This document shows, in pieces, positions 56,704 to 64,000 of a stretch of DNA of 64,000 bases. Each line of letters starts with the position of its first letter. Within the stretch, counting starts at the first letter, position 1. A model generated the notes under the pieces. It saw only the letters and a list, made by a program, of their open reading frames with translations, was not told the origin of the DNA and did no database searches. Source of the DNA: Thecamonas trahens ATCC 50062 (taxonomy: Eukaryota > Protista > Apusomonadida). Both the position numbers and the translations under genes were made by a program. Where the stretch lies: contig NW_013657620.1 in assembly GCF_000142905.1 (NCBI RefSeq), positions 1 to 64,000 on the forward strand. Reading direction: 5' to 3'.

Positions 56704-59700
56704 ATGGCAGGCAAGCGGCGCAAGGCCCCGACAAGGGTTAGCCCCAGAAAGAGTCCCAAGCGGGCCAAGAAGCTTACGTCGTCACCAGAGGCGTCGCTGG
56801 ACGATGGCGAGACGCAGGGCTTGGTGGGCATGGACGAGGTGGCGGGTGGCGACGGCTCCGAAACTGCGACCTTTTTTGGGACGGTCCTTGCTGCCGCAGG
56901 CGTCCGGCTCGACGCCACGCCAGCAAGCCATGGCCTGACCGCACCTCCGGCTGCAGTCCGCCAGGCGCTCAAGACCAAGCTGTACTTTGACGATACCGCC
57001 CGCGAGGCCTTTGTCAACTCGCTCCTCGAGTACCTCGACGAGGGCCCCGAGTTCCTGGTCAAGGCTCTGCGGCCCATGGTCCAAGTCAAGACCACGCCCG
57101 GGAGCGCCGGCCTCGCCGGCACGCCTGCGGCCTCGGCCGAGCCGCTTCTTCGGCTCTGCCTCGGCGTCGAGCCGGTCCAGACTCAGCTGGCCCTCGCTCT
57201 GCTCGAGGCCATTCCCGAGCATGCTGACGACTCGCCCGAGGTGCCCAAGCTCATTCTTGCCGCTTTTCGCTGGCTTGACACCGTTGTCGATGGCGCGGCC
57301 ATTGCCACCAAGCTCCTCGAGCTGCTCGACGCTGTGAGCAACGAGCTTCAGCGCGAGCTCATCCTGTTTCTCCCGGAGATTGTCGACGACGCCGCCCACG
57401 CCACCGTGGTCAAGGCGCTGCAGGCGCTCATGGAGGAGAAGCCGTTCCTTGCCGTCCCCATTCTCGACACGCTTGCCAACCTGCATCTGGAGGGCGACTT
57501 GCTGGTGGTCATCCGCGCGGCTGTCCTCTCGCGCCTGGCGTCGGTGCCCATCGATGAGGCGCCAATCATGGTCAAGTTCCTCCTGCAGACCTCGGCGTCG
57601 TCAGCGGCTGCACTCGGTGTTGTCATCCGCGAGCTGCGGGCCAACCTCGACTTTGTCTCCGAGGCTGCGCCTGGTGCCAGCGCGGCAGCCTCGGAGACGG
57701 CGGTGGGTGAGGCGCTGACGCTTGAGGCGCTCAAGGCCGGCATCCGGTTCCGCCCGGCCATTGCGCGCGGCTTTCTCAAGGACATCACCGCCACTCCGCT
57801 CGCCCACATGCACCGCGGCATTGACCTCTGGATTCTGTTTGTCATTGCTTCGCTCGACTCGCGACGCAAGGCCGTCAAGTCGCTCCTTCGCAAAAAGGTC
57901 GCCGCGTGCTTCTTCACTCAGCCGCTGCTCTCGGCGGCCATTGTGGGCCACAGCCCGGCGCTGAAGGAGTACGTCCCGGTCATGCGCTCGCTCGCCGAAG
58001 AGCTCCTCCGCTCGCCGGCGCCCATCGTGGCCTCGTTTGGCGCTGCTTGGTACAAACTCCTCTTCACCGAGTTTGAATCGCCGCTTGCCCGGCAAGACAT
58101 CTTGGCGTCGATCATGACCCACATCGGCTCGACGTCGTCGTCGGAAGTCACCGCCGCGCTCAACGTGCTTATCGATCTGGCGGCAGCGCCGACGACCGGC
58201 CGCTCCATGCGCTCGTTTGTGCCGTTTTTCAAGGGCATGCTCGACTACCTCTTCACCCAGCCAAATGTCCATGTTCGCCTCCTCTTCCAGCTCTTTACCC
58301 TGCTGGCGGTTGGCGCGCCCATCGGCGCAGGCGCGCCTCTGGCTCGGAGCGCAAGTGGTGCCAATGCAGGCGCCCCGTCGTCGGTCTCGTCGTCGGCGTC
58401 GTCGGTGGCGTCGGGGCGGACGCCATCGGCCGGCCCAGGCACGGTCCCGTGGGAATCTGCGCTCCGTGACGAGCTCTTGATCATCATCCGCAAGCACGTC
58501 TCCAACCCGGCCGCCAAGTTTAAGCGGATCGGCATTCTCGGAGCGGTTGCGCTCATTGCGGCGCTGGCGCCGTACACGGCGACCGAGCCTGGCCCGCCGC
58601 GGCTCGACGAGGCCTCGCTCCATACCGAAGCCTTCTCGGGCGTCCGGCGCGAGATTGTCCTCATTCTTTCCATGCTCAAGGCGCACACAGCGTCGTTCCC
58701 GTCGGCGTATGCGTTTATGTGCGACGAGATGAGCGCTCTGCTGGTCCGGGGGCGGCTCCCGCGCGACCTTGTCTTTTACATCTCCTCGGAGCTCTCGTCG
58801 GTGGTGTTTGAGACCAAGTTTGTGATTGACAACACGGCCGAGGCCATGCCCAAGCCGAGCCTTGGTCTTGTTCCGGCGCGGCGGCTCAACCTCGACGTCA
58901 ACGCGGCGACCGGCGAGTCGACGGCCGAGGTCGCCATCGCCGTTCTCAACCACCAGCTTGCTCCGGATCCTGCTGCCCGCGAAGTTCTGGTCGGCCTCTG
59001 CTCCGAGTTCCGCCTTCTTCACGTCTGCGAGCGCTCGCTGCAGGCCGGCTCGATGGAGGAGATTGACGCCATCCTCGGATGCCCGCTTGTTCTCTTTGAC
59101 ACCTCGGCGCTCGACGCCTTTGACCAGCTCTCGATTGCGGCCAAAGATGCCATCCTCCTCACTCTCTTCCAGGGCATCAACTGGTGCCGCGAGCTGCTCA
59201 ACGCGTTTGCGCCGCCGGCGTCGGCGCCGTCGGCAGGAACCAAGGCCAAGGTCGCCGCCCGTCTCGCTAACATGCTTGAGCTCACTTCGTCGCTGCTCCC
59301 GCTGCTCCCACTCCACCCGGTCACCTTTCCGGTCATCGGGCGTGTCATGGAGCTCGAGGACGAGTCGGGCGCAGGATCGAGCTCGGTGACCAGCGGCAAG
59401 TCCGGGAGCGGCAAGGGCAAGGCGTCCAAGGGCAAGAGCAAGGCTTCGGCGTCGGCTGCAGCCGCAGGCAGCATGACAGTCGCCCTCCCGCCGCTCTGGC
59501 TTGCATCATCGGGCTTTGCCAGTCTCTCGCTCTTCCTCCGCGAGCTCGACATGTCGGTCTTTTCGCTCCTCTCGTTCTCGGCCTTTGTGGTCTTCCCGCT
59601 TGCGGCGCTCGACGCTGACCGTGCGGCAGGGATGGGCGTGAGCCTCGCCTCGCAGCCGCATCTCCTCCATGTCCTCCTCTCGGACCTCCTTGCCAAGATC

Positions 59701-61140
59701 AAGCACATGCTCCCAGCGCGGTCGGCGTCGGGCAGGGTCGGGCCTGCGCTTCCGCCGGGCTTTGGCTCGGCAGCGCCTTCGTGGGAGACCGCGCACGCCT
59801 TTGCCAACGTCGATGCCATGGGTCGCGATGCGTTCTTTGGTGCCACGGTGGCGCTCATCCCCGCCCTCTGCGAGCACCTCGAGCGGCTCAACTCGTTCCT
59901 CGCTCTCGATCCCGAGAGCCTTGCAAGCCTCGCACCGCATCTGGAGTCTGACGCCGGTGCGGCGCAGGCGAGGGCGATGGCCGCTCACCTCCTGGTCCTC
60001 CTCCTCAACATCTTTGAGTCGCTTTTCCTCTACCACGCGCTTGTGGAGCAGGGCGCGCGGGCATCGCTGGCGACGCTGCTTGCGGTGCCAGCGACGCGGA
60101 TTGCGCCACACGCGGCGGTCGGGCTTGGGCTCGACTCGCCGGTAGCGAGCGGCGAGGGCACGGTGGCGGAACCTGAGGCAGCGCGGCTCTCAGCACTTGT
60201 TGGCGCCGCCTTTGACTACTTTTCTAACATCGGCGCCGCGCCGGCTTCGCACTCGCTCTGCTCGCCACTCATCGCGCTTCTCACGGCGCTGGCGACGCTC
60301 GAGCCGGGCTCGGAGCTCCTTGCGCGAGTCTCGACGCTTGCAGGCGCGTTTCTGGCGCGGCAATGGGATGGGGAGCCTGCACTCCGCTCGGAGCTAATTG
60401 CCTCGCTCCTCACGGCGTACATTCGTGAGTCGTCAACACCAGTGACAATCATCCACGAGGTGGTGACGACCCACATCGGCGGCTTTGTGAGCACAAGCGG
60501 CGACGATGGCGAGGTCATGCCAGCGCTGACCAAGACCTCGCTCCCGGTCTTCTTCCGAGTCGTGCTCACGGAGCTTGTGGCGAACCTCGGGGTAGAGCCG
60601 CTGGCGGCGCGCGAGTCGGCCGAGTCGATCCCGGAGCGGCTGCAGCGGGTGGAGATCCTTGTGCGTGCGTTCTCTGTCCTGGCCAAGGCGACCAAGGTTT
60701 TTACCTCGCGGCCGTACCTGTTGCCAATTCTCAAGCACGGGACGACGTTTGCAGCCAAGATGTCCAAGCACATCACGGCGCTCGCGCCGTGCTTCCGGAT
60801 ATATGTCGGCGAGATCCAGACGGTCGTCAAGTGCATGCAAACATCGACCCGAATTCTGCAGGCCATCTGCGCCGAGTCCAAGATCATGGACTCGCACAAG
60901 CTTGGGCGGTTCGTGCCCAGGCTCCGCAAGGAGCTTGAGACGCTCATCTTCAAGGTCAAGGGCATGCTCTCGGCCAACAACCTCATGTCTGCGTTTTGGA
61001 TGGGTAACCTCAAGCACCGCAACTTGCTGGGCGAGGTTGTCTCGGACCGCATCGCGCCGGAACCGTCCGACTCGGACTCGGACGACGAGGATTCCGACGA
61101 CGACGAGGAGGACGACGAGGCCGACGACGACGACGAGTAG
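56704..61140 (+). CDS. FANCD2: Fanconi anemia group D2 protein, intronless
   Basis: FRWLD, QRELILFLPEIV, IIIRKHVSNPAAKFKRIGILGAV (matches the monoubiquitinated-Lys region), NWCRELLNAF, FWMGNLKHRNLLGEVV. Confidence 0.95.
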   Translation: MAGKRRKAPTRVSPRKSPKRAKKLTSSPEASLDDGETQGLVGMDEVAGGDGSETATFFGTVLAAAGVRLDATPASHGLTAPPAAVRQALKTKLYFDDTAREAFVNSLLEYLDEGPEFLVKALRPMVQVKTTPGSAGLAGTPAASAEPLLRLCLGVEPVQTQLALALLEAIPEHADDSPEVPKLILAAFRWLDTVVDGAAIATKLLELLDAVSNELQRELILFLPEIVDDAAHATVVKALQALMEEKPFLAVPILDTLANLHLEGDLLVVIRAAVLSRLASVPIDEAPIMVKFLLQTSASSAAALGVVIRELRANLDFVSEAAPGASAAASETAVGEALTLEALKAGIRFRPAIARGFLKDITATPLAHMHRGIDLWILFVIASLDSRRKAVKSLLRKKVAACFFTQPLLSAAIVGHSPALKEYVPVMRSLAEELLRSPAPIVASFGAAWYKLLFTEFESPLARQDILASIMTHIGSTSSSEVTAALNVLIDLAAAPTTGRSMRSFVPFFKGMLDYLFTQPNVHVRLLFQLFTLLAVGAPIGAGAPLARSASGANAGAPSSVSSSASSVASGRTPSAGPGTVPWESALRDELLIIIRKHVSNPAAKFKRIGILGAVALIAALAPYTATEPGPPRLDEASLHTEAFSGVRREIVLILSMLKAHTASFPSAYAFMCDEMSALLVRGRLPRDLVFYISSELSSVVFETKFVIDNTAEAMPKPSLGLVPARRLNLDVNAATGESTAEVAIAVLNHQLAPDPAAREVLVGLCSEFRLLHVCERSLQAGSMEEIDAILGCPLVLFDTSALDAFDQLSIAAKDAILLTLFQGINWCRELLNAFAPPASAPSAGTKAKVAARLANMLELTSSLLPLLPLHPVTFPVIGRVMELEDESGAGSSSVTSGKSGSGKGKASKGKSKASASAAAAGSMTVALPPLWLASSGFASLSLFLRELDMSVFSLLSFSAFVVFPLAALDADRAAGMGVSLASQPHLLHVLLSDLLAKIKHMLPARSASGRVGPALPPGFGSAAPSWETAHAFANVDAMGRDAFFGATVALIPALCEHLERLNSFLALDPESLASLAPHLESDAGAAQARAMAAHLLVLLLNIFESLFLYHALVEQGARASLATLLAVPATRIAPHAAVGLGLDSPVASGEGTVAEPEAARLSALVGAAFDYFSNIGAAPASHSLCSPLIALLTALATLEPGSELLARVSTLAGAFLARQWDGEPALRSELIASLLTAYIRESSTPVTIIHEVVTTHIGGFVSTSGDDGEVMPALTKTSLPVFFRVVLTELVANLGVEPLAARESAESIPERLQRVEILVRAFSVLAKATKVFTSRPYLLPILKHGTTFAAKMSKHITALAPCFRIYVGEIQTVVKCMQTSTRILQAICAESKIMDSHKLGRFVPRLRKELETLIFKVKGMLSANNLMSAFWMGNLKHRNLLGEVVSDRIAPEPSDSDSDDEDSDDDEEDDEADDDDE

Positions 61141-61191
61141 GCGGTCGAAGCTGTCGTCTGTAAATGCATCACACATTTCCCCTTGCGGCCA

Positions 61192-62409
61192 CTACGCCGG
61201 CTCGTCGTCGTCAACATGTTCGGCCTCGGTCGCCTCATCGTCGCCGTCCTGAAGTGTCAGCGCCAGCAGTTGTTCCAGTAAGGCTTCGGCTTGGAAGCTG
61301 CCGGGCATGCTGTCACCACGAACGAGCGAGGCGAGCAGGTCTTCGACGTGGACAACGTCGACGTCGCTCGAGGCGGCCGCCGGGTCTTCCTGGGGCGATG
61401 TGGGAGCCGCCGAAGCTGCGTCTTGGCTCTGGGGAGCATCAGAGCCGGCTGTGATCTTGTCAAGTGCGCGGACGAGAAGGCTGTGCCACGAGCTGTCGGC
61501 CGAGTTGGAGGCGGCAAAGAGCGAGGCCAGCGTGAGCGGCTCGGTCTTCGGTACACACAAGATGTCGAGCTCGGGCTCGTCGCGGGCGGCATACTCGTCG
61601 AGGTCGCAGAGCAGCGGGGTGGAGAGTGTCACCGCATAGGTGCACGTTGCTGGCTCGGAGATGGTGGAAATGGCGTTGAGCCCTGTGAGCGAGCACTCGA
61701 AGCTGAGCGAGGTGACACGCGGCTCGCCGGTGAGATCGCACGGAGTGCCAGCGTCATACTTTTCGACGTACCTTGCGGGAGGCATAGCGGCCGAGGCTGG
61801 ATCGGCCTCCACCTTGCCAGCAGCAGGTGACTTGGCCGCAGCATCAGCACGGTCACTCCGCGGGGCGCGACCGAGAAAGAACTCTGCAGTGACAGCCTCT
61901 GTCTTTGGATCGCGATGATACTGGCGGACGTGTGAGCCGTAGCAGACCTCATACGTCCACCATCCATCGACCCGATACAAGCATTCGCCGAGTAGCGGTG
62001 CCAGCAGTTCCGCCTCGGATGCCTTGCCCGACTGCCCCACCCCGCGCTCGCCAGATCCATTACTCCCGCCACTGCTGCCTGCGGACGTCGTCGAGCTTGT
62101 GCTTGCCGCCGCCGTCGAGCTTGAGCCTGTGGCGTGCGGGTCGAGCGGAGACACGTCGTCCTGGCTCTGGTCGTGGCTCTGATCGCCCCGCGGTACAGCG
62201 CAGAGGTACTTCCGGCCGTCTGCACCGGTCATGGCCACCACCCGCGGGCCATCGACTGAGGTCAGCAGCAGGTCTGCGCCAGGGGCATGGAGGCCGACAC
62301 GGAACTTGGTCTCGTCGAGCAGCGGGAGCAACGGCCCGCCACAGGCCGCCATGCCCACCATGGCGAGGATCATCCCGAGTATGGCCACTCGTGCTACTCT
62401 GTTTGTCAT
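61192..62409 (-). CDS. OS9: OS-9/Yos9-like ER lectin (MRH/PRKCSH domain)
   Basis: Signal peptide; CLYRVDGWWTYEVCYGSHVRQYH; GTPCDLTGEPR; ISEPATCTY...TPLLC. Confidence 0.9.
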   Translation of the reverse strand: MTNRVARVAILGMILAMVGMAACGGPLLPLLDETKFRVGLHAPGADLLLTSVDGPRVVAMTGADGRKYLCAVPRGDQSHDQSQDDVSPLDPHATGSSSTAAASTSSTTSAGSSGGSNGSGERGVGQSGKASEAELLAPLLGECLYRVDGWWTYEVCYGSHVRQYHRDPKTEAVTAEFFLGRAPRSDRADAAAKSPAAGKVEADPASAAMPPARYVEKYDAGTPCDLTGEPRVTSLSFECSLTGLNAISTISEPATCTYAVTLSTPLLCDLDEYAARDEPELDILCVPKTEPLTLASLFAASNSADSSWHSLLVRALDKITAGSDAPQSQDAASAAPTSPQEDPAAASSDVDVVHVEDLLASLVRGDSMPGSFQAEALLEQLLALTLQDGDDEATEAEHVDDDEPA

Positions 62410-62647
62410 GGTCTCTCACTCGGTGTGGGTAGTGGGGTGGTGGTGGGGGGGGGCGGAAGGGGGGAGGGAGGGGAGGGGGAGAGGGAGGATCGGTGACACG
62501 TTCGATGACTTTCAGTCAGTCAGTCGTTGTTGGTTGGTTGCGGGGAGGGGATGGGATGGGGGGGGGGGATGGGGGGGGATGGGTATGATGTCCGCATCAT
62601 CCCCGCATCGGATGGTTGTGCTGTTTGTTCAGTATTGCGGAGGTAGT

Positions 62648-63592
62648 CTAGATGCCCGGAACATCGATCTTGCCCATGATGCCAGAGGCAGAGTCACCGG
62701 CCTCGTCGGCAGCCTCGGCCATGGCGATGGCTGGGTAGACGACAACAAGGACGCTGTGGACGCAGCCAAGGCAGCACGAGGCAATAGCCATGACAACGAC
62801 AAAGTAGAAGGAGATGCCAAGCTTGAGCTTGTCTGCGCCGTCAAAGGTCTCCAGATCGTCGTTTGTCTGCGTCTTGTACACGATGGCGGCCAGGGCGGCG
62901 AGGAGGAACATCATGAAGTCGCAGCAGAGCGAGGGGAAGAGCGAGAGGTACCGCGGGCCTGCGGCAGCAGCAGTGGTGGCGCAGGGGAAGACGTCCGGGA
63001 CGTCGCAGCCAGGCACGCCGCACGGCAGGCAGTCGCCGATCGACTCAAAGACAGACTCGCCGGCGCAGAAGAGGCAGGCGAGGATGAGGGCAGGAACGAG
63101 GCAGAGGAGGAACATGATGAGCAGGACGCGGGCGACCTTGCCGGCCGAATTCCAGCCCTTGCAAGCATTGGTGCTGCACTTGTCCGAAGACAGCGAGATC
63201 GTCTCCGTGCTTGGCTGGCCCGACGAGACCAGTTCCGGTGAGAGCTTGTACGTCACCTTGGAGATGCCGATCTGGTAGGTGATGGTCCCTGTGGCCGGCG
63301 AGGCAGCCTTGACGTCGCCCACGAGCCAGAGCTGAGCAGCAAAGCCGAGAATGAGACCGATGATGATGAGGATAAAGGCGATGCAGATGAGGCACTCAAA
63401 GCAGTACATGCGGTTGTCGTCACCGTCCTTCTTCCCGCCACCGGAATCGTTCTTCTCCTCGTCCTTGTTGCGGTTGAACATGCCCTTGCCGTCCGACGAT
63501 GACGATGATGACGAGCCGATCTTCATCTCGCCACGCATGGCCTCCCCGGCCTTCTTCCTCATGTATGACATCGGTCCACGTCCTCTTCCCAT
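62648..63592 (-). CDS. Four-TM claudin/PMP22-superfamily-like membrane protein
   Basis: Four hydrophobic helices; Trp after TM1, Cys pair in loop 1 (CSTNAC), LGISFY before TM4; Cys-rich cytoplasmic loop. Confidence 0.65.
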   Translation of the reverse strand: MGRGRGPMSYMRKKAGEAMRGEMKIGSSSSSSSDGKGMFNRNKDEEKNDSGGGKKDGDDNRMYCFECLICIAFILIIIGLILGFAAQLWLVGDVKAASPATGTITYQIGISKVTYKLSPELVSSGQPSTETISLSSDKCSTNACKGWNSAGKVARVLLIMFLLCLVPALILACLFCAGESVFESIGDCLPCGVPGCDVPDVFPCATTAAAAGPRYLSLFPSLCCDFMMFLLAALAAIVYKTQTNDDLETFDGADKLKLGISFYFVVVMAIASCCLGCVHSVLVVVYPAIAMAEAADEAGDSASGIMGKIDVPGI

Positions 63593-64000
63593 GTTGCTTG
63601 TTTTTGCGGAACTAATCTACAAAGTCAGGTCTATCGCCTTCTCCTTCCCCCCTTCCCTCTCCCGCCTCCACCCCGTGCCTGTTACGCAACGGTGCGATCC
63701 GTTGCGCAACGCTTTTTTTTGTTGTGTTTTTGTGCACAATCTCTGCACCACTAGTGGTGGGCTGTTTCACCCCTCAGAGGGCCAGCTACAAGCCATACTC
63801 TCACCTAAGAACAACAGCGATAGTCTTACCTTCCACTTGCAGTCGTATATAAACATGGTGTGCTCTCTCCCTTCTTCCCTCCCCCCCCCCCCCAGGTAGA
63901 GGGAAAGAAATGGAGGACAGAGTGGCAATGACATGTCGGGGTGCACGTGCCGAGGCATTTGCAGCTGCCTGCCGGGTCGGCATCTTCATCGCACATTTAC

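Noticed and set aside
13129-61238. Long antisense ORFs (e.g. 13129-15051, 20856-21977, 57601-59316)
   Set aside because: Shadow frames expected opposite high-GC3 genes; no motifs of their own.

Overview
GC-rich, gene-dense, intron-poor eukaryotic (protist) genomic DNA from a draft assembly with four N-gaps. The gene content (FANCD2, WASHC3, an EF-hand two-pore channel, expanded FG-GAP/beta-helix/7TM receptors) and short GTACG-type introns resemble the apusomonad Thecamonas; this is my inference, not verified. About 22 protein-coding genes are supportable; no rRNA, tRNA, CRISPR array or intact transposon was seen. Main observations: (1) a phage/giant-virus/kinetoplast-type minimal ATP-dependent DNA ligase with an apparent mitochondrial presequence; (2) ten frame breaks in nine genes, all repaired by adding one base to a short homopolymer (probably pyrosequencing under-calls, but strikingly one-directional); (3) a 24-kb cluster of four giant surface proteins, including three FG-GAP/Pmp-like beta-helix/Cys-rich/7TM paralogues and one resembling Bacteroidota secreted proteins; (4) a receptor kinase-pseudocyclase-pseudokinase; (5) unusual fusions (dysbindin-like plus five UVR motifs; DPY-30 plus a dynein-stalk-head-like domain); (6) a TPC with atypical filter residues; (7) a 334-bp tandem duplication, several minisatellites and an AT-rich island.
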